From assembly GCA_040220235.1 (NCBI GenBank), contig JAVJTO010000011.1: 64,000 nt of DNA; one strand, given 5' to 3'. A program made the position numbers and the translations under genes. The notes beneath the pieces were generated by a model, which made no database searches, had not been told where the DNA came from, and saw nothing but the letters and a program-made list of their open reading frames with translations. This document shows positions 20,923 through 31,200 of the stretch, one piece after another. Within the stretch, counting starts at the first letter, position 1. Every line of letters begins with the position of its first letter. The stretch is from Coleofasciculus sp. B1-GNL1-01 (GTDB lineage Bacteria; Cyanobacteriota; Cyanobacteriia; Cyanobacteriales; Coleofasciculaceae).

Positions 20923-21978
20923 CTATAACCGTCTACAGAGAATCCAACGTAACTCTAACGGTGGTCTTCCCTGGTTTAAGGGAAACACATTATACCCCAA
21001 ACACCAATTAATAAACCAACTGGTGGGGGGCCACGCTATTTCTGGTAAATGTTCGCGTTCGTACTCTAACACAGATTCATCGGACACTAATTCTATCGGC
21101 AATCGTTCCATCGCTTTGGCTAATTCTTGGCGGGTAAACAGACAAGACCATTTGGCTTGGGAAAGTTGTTGGGTGACGGGATCAGGTTCGTAGTCGTCAA
21201 CTGTCAAAAACATACTAAAAAGTAACAGTCCTCCTGAACAAAGAACATCGCAAGCTTTGGCTAATAATAATCGTAGTTGTTCTTGATCACGAATATGAGA
21301 TGCCACAACTTCAGCCAGAACCACTACTCGATAATACGCGGGTCGTAACCTAATTTCGCGACTGAAAATATCACCAAGAATTACCCTGACAGGTAAATTA
21401 GAGCCTTGGACAATTGCTTGTAATTGCTCAACAAATACTGGGGCTAATTCAACCGCATCAACAGGGTAGCCGAGTTTAGCTAAAGGGAGAGTATTACGAC
21501 CCGCCGCCGCACCAATATCTAATACCGGAACGTGAGCGGGTTCTCCCAATTGTGCTGCAATTGCCATCAGTTTTGCATCGGGATGTGACCCAAATAAAGG
21601 CGGTTCTCGTTCATTGACCCATTGTTGATAGGTATCTGCAACAGATGGACTCAATAGGGAAAAGTTAAACTTGAAGCGTTGTTCAGGTGGTGCAGTTAGG
21701 TCGTATTGAATGACCAATAGAGAACGGGGCGATTCTTCAAATCCTTCTTCAAGTTTGAGTGTCAGGTTGTGAGACAAGCGACTGGCGGCTTCTTCACCCA
21801 ATGTCTGGTTAATGGTTTGCAGTAGCGCAGCTATCTGATGCAGGTAATAGTTTCGCAGCGCTGGTACGCAGGGGAGTTTCAGTTCTCCACGAGTCAAAAA
21901 CTGACGTTGTAGCTGGTGGATATGTTCTTCTCGGATTCTAGGGGGTTGATGGTTGATGGTTGATTGTTCAGGATTCAT
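20923..21978 (-). CDS. Class I SAM-dependent methyltransferase with N-terminal extension
   Basis: VLDIGAAAGRN, VDAVEL, GGLLLFS. Confidence 0.75.
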   Translation of the reverse strand: MNPEQSTINHQPPRIREEHIHQLQRQFLTRGELKLPCVPALRNYYLHQIAALLQTINQTLGEEAASRLSHNLTLKLEEGFEESPRSLLVIQYDLTAPPEQRFKFNFSLLSPSVADTYQQWVNEREPPLFGSHPDAKLMAIAAQLGEPAHVPVLDIGAAAGRNTLPLAKLGYPVDAVELAPVFVEQLQAIVQGSNLPVRVILGDIFSREIRLRPAYYRVVVLAEVVASHIRDQEQLRLLLAKACDVLCSGGLLLFSMFLTVDDYEPDPVTQQLSQAKWSCLFTRQELAKAMERLPIELVSDESVLEYEREHLPEIAWPPTSWFINWCLGYNVFPLNQGRPPLELRWILCRRL

Positions 21979-22073
21979 CGTTTATTGTCAGTTGATTACA
22001 AAGGTTATTGCCCTGAAACGGGACGCGCGATCGCGTTACAATAGCAGCAGGTTAACCTGAGGCTGATTTTAGT

Positions 22074-22331
22074 ATGCCAATTACATTGCCACAGGAACTG
22101 GAACAGTTTATCAAAAATCAGGTTGCTAGCGGCAAGTATGCTTCTACTGATGAAGTCTTCTTGGCTGGTATTAAGCTGCTACAGGAACGAGAAAATCTTT
22201 ATCAAGGACGATTTGAGGAATTACGTCGCGAGATTAGGGTTGGAGTGGAAGCGGCTGAACGAGGCGAATTGTTGGATGCAGAAACAGTAATAATTGGTCT
22301 GCAAGAGAAATTGCAACAGCGTCGCGCTTAG
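22074..22331 (+). CDS. ParD-family ribbon-helix-helix antitoxin
   Basis: MPITLPQELEQFIKNQVASGKYASTDEV...LRREIRVG pattern; followed by a ParE remnant. Confidence 0.8.
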   Translation: MPITLPQELEQFIKNQVASGKYASTDEVFLAGIKLLQERENLYQGRFEELRREIRVGVEAAERGELLDAETVIIGLQEKLQQRRA

Positions 22332-22339
22332 ATTAATTG

Positions 22340-22480
22340 ATGAGCAATGTTGGCTGAATTACACCAACAGCAAGCCGAGATATAGAGAGTATTATGGACT
22401 ATCTCGCCCAGAGAGGAAGTATTGAAACGGCAGATCGTTTTCTTGAGAAGATCAACACGAAGTTCAAAATTCTGAATTAG
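22340..22480 (+). pseudogene. Truncated ParE/RelE toxin
   Basis: Translates MSNVG*ITPTASRDIESIMDYLAQRGSIETADRFLEKINTKFKILN*; stop at codon 6 and C-terminal half missing. Confidence 0.75.
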
Positions 22481-22640
22481 TTCCTCCGAAGATGAACTAT
22501 AATATTTCAGTAGTTTCACTCTCATTTAGTTGTCTTAACCGATCCATATTGACTGGATAATTTTCTGGGTTGCTTGTTGGGGATGCCTGAACCTGCAACC
22601 ATGTTTTATAATAGAGAATAAAACTTACTGAAAAACAGGG

Positions 22641-23804
22641 ATGGACAAACTGAAGTTTATTGATTTATTTGCTGGAATTGGTGGATTTAGAATTGCTTTT
22701 GAAAAAACGGGCTATGAATGCGTGTATTCTTGTGAAATTGATCCCAAGTGTCAGGAAGTATATTTTAATAATTTTTTAGATCAACCCGCAGGTGATATTA
22801 GAAAAATAGATGTTAATAGTATTTCTGACTTTGAGGTTTTAACGGCAGGGTTTCCTTGTCAGCCTTTTAGTATATGTGGCAAAAGAAAAGGTTTTCAGGA
22901 TACACAAGGTACATTGTTTTTTCGCATTTGTGAAATAATCGCAGCCAAAAAACCTCCGGTTATTCTCCTGGAAAATGTAAAATATTTAATGCATCAAGAT
23001 AAAGGTAGAACGCTCAATGTAATTTTGTATTCTTTAGAAGATTTGGGATATAAAGTCAATTATAGTCTGCTGAATTCTAAAGATTTTGGAGTCCCCCAAA
23101 ACCGGGAAAGAATAATTATTGTTGCTACCAAAAACAAACGATTTAATTTTAATAAATTAAAAAAAATAAATTCTAGAGCAAAATTAAAAAATTTTCTATC
23201 CAATTCTGATTCTGAAGATTTTGAATATTTAGAGCCAGACAGCTATACCTTAATAGATCAACCCAAACAACAGCAATCGGGATTAATTTTTGTAGGATAT
23301 CGGAATAATAAGAGTATTTGGAAAAAAGGAGTTAGACCCAACACTCATCATTTATCTAGGGTTCACCATCAACCAAATAGGATTTATTCAGTAGAAGGCA
23401 TACATCCTACAATACCTTCTCAAGAAACCTCGGGGCGATTCTTTATTTATCTTCCTGAAGAAAATGCCGTTCGCAAATTGACGATTAAAGAGTGTTATAG
23501 AATTATGGGATTTCCAGAGAATTTTAAACTCCACGGAAATTTAGGAGAATGTTACAAGCAAGTGGGAAACTCGGTCTGCATTCCGATGGTTTCTGAAATT
23601 GCTCAACAATTAAAAGAACAAATATTTCTTGGGCGTCAGGAAGAAGAAAATGGAAATGGTTTTATAGCTGAAAAGGAAGAAAAGTTTGTTCAATTGTTGA
23701 TAGAATCAGATTCTGAGCTTCAAATTGATCATAAGATTAAGTGGAATAAAATATTATCTAAACATTTTGATATCTCTTACGGGGATCAGAAAATAGGCGA
23801 CTGA
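22641..23804 (+). CDS. DNA (cytosine-5)-methyltransferase, apparently orphan
   Basis: Motif I FAGIGG, motif IV GFPCQPFS, ENV, PQNRER, motif X YKQVGNSV; AT-rich. Confidence 0.92.
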   Translation: MDKLKFIDLFAGIGGFRIAFEKTGYECVYSCEIDPKCQEVYFNNFLDQPAGDIRKIDVNSISDFEVLTAGFPCQPFSICGKRKGFQDTQGTLFFRICEIIAAKKPPVILLENVKYLMHQDKGRTLNVILYSLEDLGYKVNYSLLNSKDFGVPQNRERIIIVATKNKRFNFNKLKKINSRAKLKNFLSNSDSEDFEYLEPDSYTLIDQPKQQQSGLIFVGYRNNKSIWKKGVRPNTHHLSRVHHQPNRIYSVEGIHPTIPSQETSGRFFIYLPEENAVRKLTIKECYRIMGFPENFKLHGNLGECYKQVGNSVCIPMVSEIAQQLKEQIFLGRQEEENGNGFIAEKEEKFVQLLIESDSELQIDHKIKWNKILSKHFDISYGDQKIGD

Positions 23805-23910
23805 TATCATGGACACATGAGAAAGGGCGCAAGGCTTGCGCCCCTACCGTCGAACCTGGAAAGATCGCATACACCGATACAGAAACGCGATCGCACTTCA
23901 ATTTCTATCA

Positions 23911-24010
23911 ATTAGGCTTTCCATCAAGCGACCTTTGGGTTCAGGAATCGGACGCCCTAACTCGTTGGCGGTTTCAATCCACTCGGAGCATAATAACTTC
24001 TACATTTGAG
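23911..24010 (-). pseudogene. HicB antitoxin C-terminal remnant
   Basis: Minus strand encodes EWIETANELGRPIPEPKGRL; 5' part lost near the HIP1-like site at 24019. Confidence 0.65.
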
Positions 24011-24072
24011 CCACAAAGGCGATCACTCTGTGTATATTGGACTTAGGGCAAGAGCATTACAACAGAAAGTAT

Positions 24073-24294
24073 ATGTCTACTTATCATGAAGTACGTCGTC
24101 TAGCTGAAAACCTTACTCCTGATGAGCAAATGCGGCTGATAGAAGAATTGTTCAGCTTAATTCATCAACGAGTGACGTTAGCACCTAAGCCCAAACGTAG
24201 CATCTTGGAGTTGCGAGGGCTAGGTAAAGAAATTTGGAATGGCATGGATGCTCAAGACTATGTTAATCAGGAACGAGACTCATGGAATGGATAG
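24073..24294 (+). CDS. Putative antitoxin of a PIN-domain toxin
   Basis: RSILELRGLGKEIW...DAQDYVNQERDSW; overlaps the toxin start. Confidence 0.7.
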   Translation: MSTYHEVRRLAENLTPDEQMRLIEELFSLIHQRVTLAPKPKRSILELRGLGKEIWNGMDAQDYVNQERDSWNG

Positions 24295-24726
24295 TGCAGT
24301 TACAGGGGCAAGTCGTTGGTTTGGATAGTGCGCCACTGATTTACTTTATAGAGGAAAATCCGACTTACTTGGAGATGACTGACGCTTTTTTTGAGGCAAT
24401 GGTGCGCGGTGAGTTTAGGGTTGTAACCGAGGGTGATAACTTTGTTAGAAGTGCTAGTTTATCCTCTACGGCGAGGGAACACAATACTGGCTCAACAATA
24501 TCGTGACATCTTGTTTAATGAAGAAGGTTTGACGACTATCGAAGTGTCTGTAGCTATTGCTGAGGAAGCTTCACAACTCCGGGCAGCTTACAATTTGAGA
24601 ACGCCTGATGCAATTCAAATGGCTACAGCAATTCGTCAAGGTGCTTCGTTTTTTTTGACTAATGATGCGCGTTTACCTTCTTTACCAGGGTTGGCAGTTT
24701 TGGTGTTAGAGGAATTGAGAGCTTGA
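24282..24726 (+). pseudogene. VapC/PIN toxin split by a frameshift near 24430
   Basis: N-part VGLDSAPLIYFIEE (ORF 24282-24506) and C-part ITLLEVLV...LRTPDAIQMATA...FLTND (ORF 24433-24726) lie in different frames. Confidence 0.8.
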
Positions 24727-24810
24727 TTTTTAGTGGAGAGCGATCGCACTTCAGGAAAGACAGACGCGATCGCATACATCGACTCTTTAATATTTTTTTG
24801 GATAAAGTCA

Positions 24811-25497
24811 ATGTTTGTTGATCATAAAAAACACCAACTGGTAAAAGCAATGGTAAATCCAATAGTATCTGAAAGTGTAAACATATACTGGAGTCACCCA
24901 TATACATCTGCATGTACGCTAGGAAGTCCTTTCCCTGGAGCTGTCTATCGAAGTACGGGGAATCCAAATCTTAACTCCTTAATCTCCAATGAATATAGTC
25001 AGTTAGCGATTGTTTTTACAGTAAATCCAACTCTATTAATAATTGATGACTTCCAAGGTCCCAATGCCTTTGCCTACTGGGGAGTAACTGATCCTGGATT
25101 CTATGGAACGATCTACTTAGGTATCAGGCTCCTGTACGATGAACTTTTTAGTATGGATAAGGGGGTTTTAGCGGTTGTGGGAATCATGGCACATGAGTTT
25201 GCTCATATTCTTCAGTGGAAATATCAATCACAGCTTATTGGAAAGCTTAGGGAATTGCACGCTGACTTCCTAGCGGGATACTATCTAGGAGTCAAAAATT
25301 ACATTCCCTATCGCGATCTTCGTGCTTTTGCAAGCAGCCTCTTTACCAAAGGTGACTACAATTTTTGGAATCTTGATCATCATGGTACGCCCCAAGAGCG
25401 AGTTGCTGCGATGAATATAGGCTACAGTTTGGGACAATTGGGAAGCAAAATTAGTACAGCTTACCTGGAAGGCGACAAGATAATCCGTGGTTTTTAG
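24811..25497 (+). CDS. Putative zinc metallopeptidase
   Basis: PNAFA, MAHEFAH, ELHAD, HHGTPQER; start uncertain. Confidence 0.7.
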   Translation: MFVDHKKHQLVKAMVNPIVSESVNIYWSHPYTSACTLGSPFPGAVYRSTGNPNLNSLISNEYSQLAIVFTVNPTLLIIDDFQGPNAFAYWGVTDPGFYGTIYLGIRLLYDELFSMDKGVLAVVGIMAHEFAHILQWKYQSQLIGKLRELHADFLAGYYLGVKNYIPYRDLRAFASSLFTKGDYNFWNLDHHGTPQERVAAMNIGYSLGQLGSKISTAYLEGDKIIRGF

Positions 25498-25591
25498 TGC
25501 GATCACGGTGTAGGTTAGACAGAAGTAGTAAAGCTGGAAATGCTTTGGCTATATTGAACTTAGACTTAAGAATCCCAGGGAAAATTTCAAG

Positions 25592-27412
25592 ATGGCTATT
25601 TTAGTACCAGATAGAGCAGAAATTGATAGCCTACCCCAAAAGCTTACAGATGGTGAAGATGCTCTCATGAAGGCTTTAGACCAAGCTCTTGACGATAACT
25701 GGACTGTATATGTTCAACCTCATTTAAATGGTCTTCGACCAGACATTGTGATTTTTAGCGAAGATGCTGGCATTGGGGTTTTTGAGGTTAAAGATTGGAA
25801 CTTAAATTCTTATCGAATTATTGTCCATGAGGATGGTGAGTATGACTGGCAGGTTTGGGATACAGGAAAATGGGTAACTCGATCTCAAGAAGATTACTGT
25901 CCACTGAAACAAGTAGAAAAGTATCGTCAGTCTATTTTTGAACACGAAATCCCACTTCTGGACGCTAAACGACTGCTTGACCGGAGTGTTCATCGTTTAA
26001 TCCAGCCAATCGTCTACTTTCACAAGCATACGACTGAAGATGTAATACAAAGGCTTAAGCCAATCCTTAAGCCTTACTCAAATGTATTTGGAAATAACAT
26101 CCTCAATCCGAACTTTTTGCGAGGAATTATAAGGGGATGTGGTCTTCGTCACGGTTCTCAATTTGCAGGTATGATGGCGGAAATTGGGCTAGCTGACCGA
26201 TTAGCGAATGCACTGGCTTACCCTCAACATGGTAGTACGGATATTCAAACTCTATTAGCGCCTTTTAACAAAAAACAGAAAGATTTACTGCCTAATGAAT
26301 CTGGAAGTCGTAGAGTATTTGGTGCTGCAGGTTCTGGTAAAACTTTTGTACTAATTCACAAGGCAGTCAATGCTGCCAGAGATGGAAAAAAGGTGCTCCT
26401 AGTGTGTTTTAACATCACGATGGCGAACTATCTTCGTGACTTGGTTACTCGCCTAGCCCGTCATTACGGTTCACATTACCATCGAAATATCGAAGTGGGT
26501 CACTTTCATCGCTTTTTTCCATATCTAAAGGAAAACCCAGAAGTAGATAAGCGGAGTATGAAAAAACCGATAGATGTGCTGCTTATTGATGAAGGACAAG
26601 ATTTTGAACGAGCTTGGATTCAAAAGCTACAGAAAATAGGTGCTTCTGGTTATCATCTGATGTTTTGCGAAGATGATCGGCAGAATATTTATGGTAAGAG
26701 TGTGAAAGAACGGGAAAAAATTCCAATTCGAGGTAAGAATCTACTAAAGGAATCTTATCGAATTCCAGAACAAACAGCGAAACTTGCTAATGCTCTCGCT
26801 AGTTGGGCTAAACAAGAGGGTGAGTCTGGCTCTGTAGAGTCTATAAAATCCACTCAAGGTAACTTGTTAGTGCGTAACCTCTGGTTTGATGGTACAAAGG
26901 ATGAGATAGTTAATGTTATACGAGAAGACGTTAAAGAGCTTGTTCAAGATAAAAATACTGCTCGTGCAGATATAGCTATCCTAGTATGTACGGTCAAGGA
27001 TGGCTGGCAGGTGTGCCAGGTTTTAGATGAGCTTAAGCTACCGAAACCACAGTGCAACTTTGAGTCGAAAGAAGAGAATACTCAACTTTCTAATGAATGT
27101 AAGGATGAGCAAAAGAATTTCAAAGAAGAACGAAACAAACTACGACGTCGCTATAGAGCTGGTTTTTGGATGCAAGGGGGAAGGATTAAAGTCTGTACAA
27201 TACATAGTTTTAAGGGATGGGAACTTAACAATATCCTTGTATTTTTTAATCCTGAAGAAGAACAAGAGGAAGCTAAAGTCCCACTGCTCTACACTGCTAT
27301 TACAAGAAGTCAGCAAAATCTGACTATCTATAATGCTGACTTAAAGCTGAGCCAGTTTGGAAAAATTGTTATTTCAGAAAACTATATTGAACAACATCCA
27401 AAAACTAAATGA
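25592..27412 (+). CDS. NERD nuclease fused to a UvrD/SF1 helicase
   Basis: RPDIV...FEVKDW; GAAGSGKT; LIDEGQD; TIHSFKGWE; LYTAITRS. Confidence 0.82.
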   Translation: MAILVPDRAEIDSLPQKLTDGEDALMKALDQALDDNWTVYVQPHLNGLRPDIVIFSEDAGIGVFEVKDWNLNSYRIIVHEDGEYDWQVWDTGKWVTRSQEDYCPLKQVEKYRQSIFEHEIPLLDAKRLLDRSVHRLIQPIVYFHKHTTEDVIQRLKPILKPYSNVFGNNILNPNFLRGIIRGCGLRHGSQFAGMMAEIGLADRLANALAYPQHGSTDIQTLLAPFNKKQKDLLPNESGSRRVFGAAGSGKTFVLIHKAVNAARDGKKVLLVCFNITMANYLRDLVTRLARHYGSHYHRNIEVGHFHRFFPYLKENPEVDKRSMKKPIDVLLIDEGQDFERAWIQKLQKIGASGYHLMFCEDDRQNIYGKSVKEREKIPIRGKNLLKESYRIPEQTAKLANALASWAKQEGESGSVESIKSTQGNLLVRNLWFDGTKDEIVNVIREDVKELVQDKNTARADIAILVCTVKDGWQVCQVLDELKLPKPQCNFESKEENTQLSNECKDEQKNFKEERNKLRRRYRAGFWMQGGRIKVCTIHSFKGWELNNILVFFNPEEEQEEAKVPLLYTAITRSQQNLTIYNADLKLSQFGKIVISENYIEQHPKTK

Positions 27413-27454
27413 AATATTTAGTTTTTGATTCTTAAATTATTTAATAATTAGAGA

Positions 27455-28029
27455 TTACATCCACAAATTTGCGGGATTGTCCTTGTCATCTTCCCACTTA
27501 GCCGGATTGTTGATAATATAGTCTCGAATTCGGTCTAATGATCCATCAGCGCGAATGATGTGGTCATAAAATCGCGGTTGCCAAGCAAAAGATGAATAAT
27601 TATTCCTTTTACACCACTGACTAACGGCTGCTTTGTATGATCGAATGATTGCACCCAGAGAACCTGCTTTCGGAGACATTAGTGATCTCGCCCGATAGAA
27701 CTCCGTGTCGCCACGGAATGTAGAGACGTTGCATGCAAGTCTCTACAGGATGAATTAGGTTTATTAATAATCACAATGCCATGTAAATGATTGGGCATGA
27801 CGACATAAGCATCCAGATCAGTATAGGCACAATGATCAGGAATATCTGCCCAGCATTGTTGGGCGATTTGCCCAATCTTGGACAGGTGTATTTCTCCTGA
27901 TATTACATCACCGAAGAAAAATGTGCGATCGCGTGTACAAATGGTGACTAAATACCAGCCATTTGCGCCATAGTCTCTGTGGGGTAATCGAGTGGATTCA
28001 ACCCGATATTTGCCTTTGTACAGGGTCAT
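27455..28029 (-). pseudogene. REP-associated tyrosine transposase (RAYT), frameshifted
   Basis: VTICT, HUH motif MPNHLHG, WQPRFYDHIIR...YIINNP; split across two frames. Confidence 0.85.
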
Positions 28030-28284
28030 GGGTTTGTCCCGATGATGGTGTAGAGACGTTGCATGCAACGTCTCTACAATGGTCATGTCACCGACTATAA
28101 CATCAGCGAAGAAAAACGTGCGATCGCGGGTACAGATGGGGGATGAAATATCAACCCTTTGCCGCCTCGTTAATCGGATAGATTCAACCCGATATTGGTT
28201 TTGTACAAGATTATGGGTTTTCCCCGATCATGATGTAGAGACGTTGCATGCAACGTCTCTACACAATGGTCATGTCACCGACTA
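27720..28284. repeat. Three GTAGAGACGTTGCATGCAACGTCTCTAC REP palindromes plus a degenerate tandem duplication of the RAYT 5' end
   Basis: REP copies at ~27720, ~28049 and ~28235; ~28095-28284 repeats ~27900-28098. Confidence 0.85.
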
Positions 28285-31200
28285 TTCTATCCCTTCAATC
28301 CGATCCTCAACCTCCTGATACAATTCGCGCAACATCTGCAGATTACTCTCACTCGTCTCCCAATACCCGCGTCCATTCACTTCTAACAACGTGGACACCA
28401 CTTTGCGGAAGGAATGAGGGTTCAAATTCATCAACCGCTGACGCATCGCTTCATCCTGGATAAACGTCTCATTGGCTTCCTCGTATACCCAGTTATCCAC
28501 CGCGCCAGCCGTCGCACTCCAACCCATGGTATTGACTAACCGCTTCGAGAGTTCGCGCACGCCTTCATAGCCGTGACTCAGCATTCCCTCATACCATTTC
28601 GGGTTGAGTAGCTTCGTCCGCGCATCTAAACGCACCGTTTCCGATAATGTCCTTACCTGGGCATTTGCTGTCGTCGTATCGGCGATATAGGATGCAGGCG
28701 TCTTGCCATCTTGACGCAGGGTTGAGACTACCTTCGTCGGATCAGAATCAAAATAGTGAGACACATCTGTCAGACTAATCTCCGAGGAATCCAGATTCTG
28801 GAATGTCGCTTCTGCTGTTTTCAACGACGACTCGAAAATCTGGCGATTCTGTTCCATGGTTCCCGGATTATCCGCACTAAAGGCAAAGGATTTCCGGGTT
28901 AGGTACATATCCTGTAACTCGGATTCGCTTTCCCACGTACTATTCTCTACCGCCAGGTTCACATTAGCCGCATAGGAACCCGATGCATTGGAGAACACCC
29001 GCGTCGCCGCTTGACGCAGATTAATCCCCATATCTTCCGCCTGTTGCATGGCGTGTTTGCGGACAAAATTCATCTCCTCAGGTTCATCCGCCTCAGCCGC
29101 CATTTTCACAGCTTGATCTAACAGATTCATCTGGTTGATAAACAAATCCCGGAATACGCCAGAACAGTTAATCACCACATCTACACGGGGACGCCCTAAT
29201 TCTTCTAGGGAAATCAGTTCTAACTTATTCACTCGCCCCAACGCATCAGGAACGGGTTTCACCCCAACCATCCACATGATTTGTGCTAGGGATTCCCCGT
29301 AGGTTTTGATATTATCCGTTCCCCAGAGAACACAGGCAATGGTTTCGGGCCAAATTCCGCCATTTTCCGCCCGATGTCGCGCCAATAAACGGTCTACGAC
29401 GATTTTTGCTGATTTTACGGCGGCGGTGGTGGGGATGGATTGGGGGTCAAGGGCGTGGATATTTTTCCCCGTGGGTAATACATCCGGGTTGCGGATGGGA
29501 TCACCGCCGGGTCCGGGTAGAACATATTCCCCTTCCAATGCTTTCAACATAGCCCCCAGTTCGTTATCTGCCACCACTTGCTGGAGACAGAATTCTAGAT
29601 ACTCAAATAGGGGTTTAATCGCCTCCGAGTCAACTTGACAGTACCCCGCATCAATTAGCGCTTCAATCCAAGGGGTGCGCTTCCGCATATTAAAGAAATT
29701 CAGACTCGTCACCTTGGATACCCGCCCCTCGGCATCAGTTTGGGCTTGGACTAACGCCGCCACAGCCGCACGAGTGGCTTGGGTGATGTCTTGGAGTAAC
29801 TGCACATCTGCTAAGACACCTCGGTCGTTATTTTGATAGATCTCGTCGATATCCCGGTTCAGGCTGTTGGCGATAATTCGGGGGAGACTCAGGATTTCTT
29901 CCTCTGGACGATCCAGACTGGCTATATTAACTAAAGTCGCGATCGCTTCCTCAGCCGTAGGTGGTTTACCAATGACGTGTAACCCACAGGGTAACAGCCG
30001 CGACTCAATCTCCATCAGCTTTTTGTAGACTAACCCCACCAGGGTATCCCGTTCCTCTGAAGTCAGTTCACTGGCGTCTTTTTCCGGTAAGGCGATATCT
30101 TTATCCAGATTCACCAAGCGGCATTTATCCATAATTGTGTTCACAATCGGAACGCCGCGTCCGGTGTCTTTCAGGGTTTGATAAGACCCAATTAATTCAT
30201 TCAGTTCCTTCAACCCTTTATATAACCCTGCATTCTCCGCCGGAGGCGTCAGGTAGGAAATGGTTTCGGCGTAACTGCGCCGTTTCGCGATCGTGGCTTC
30301 ACTGGGATTATTGGCAGCGTAATAGTAGAGATTAGGAATCGAACCAATTAAATTATCCGGGTAACAATCTCCCGACATCCCCATCTGCTTACCGGGCATA
30401 AATTCTAATGACCCGTGAGTGCCGAAGTGCAGTACGGCGTCCGCTTGCCAGAGATGTTCTAAATAGGTGTAGTAGGCAGCAAACCCGTGGTGAGGACTGG
30501 CGGAACGGGAGAATAACAGTCGCATCGGATCGCCTTCATAGCCGAACGTGGGCTGGACGCCAATAAACACATTGCCGAATTGCTTACCATAAATCAGCAG
30601 GTTTTGTCCATCACTATTTAAATGTCCCGGTGGTGGACCCCAGTTTTCTTCTAAACGGGTGGAGTACGGGGTAAACCGTTCATATTCCATTACGGACATC
30701 CGGTAGGCAATATTCAGTTCTGGGGTTGCATACTGCGCCTGGGCGTCATGGATGACTTCTTGCATCAGGGCTGCGGCGGATTCGGGTAAGTCTTCCACGT
30801 CGTAGCCGTTATGTTTTAGGGCTTCCATGACTTTATAAATTGACCCGAAGACATCCAGATAGGCAGCCGTTCCCACATTCCCTTTATCTGGCGGGAAACT
30901 AAACACCGTAATCGCCACCTTCTTATCCAGTTTCGGCTTACGGCGCAGGCTTGCCCATTTCAGCGCCCGCTTTGCCACGGCTTCAATCCGATCCTGAAGT
31001 GCGATCGCTTTCCCGGTGGTGCCATCTCGTCCCGATAATATAATCGGTTCAATCGCGCCATCGAGTTCGGGGATGGCAATTTGCAGGGCTACCTGAATCG
31101 GGTGTAGTCCCAAGTCACTCCCTTCCCACTCTTCGGTGGTTTGGAAGACCAAGGGTAATGCCACCATATAGGGACGGTTGAGACGTTTTAAGGCTTCAAT

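Noticed and set aside
22328..22525. 65-aa minus-strand ORF
   Set aside because: Antisense to the ParE pseudogene
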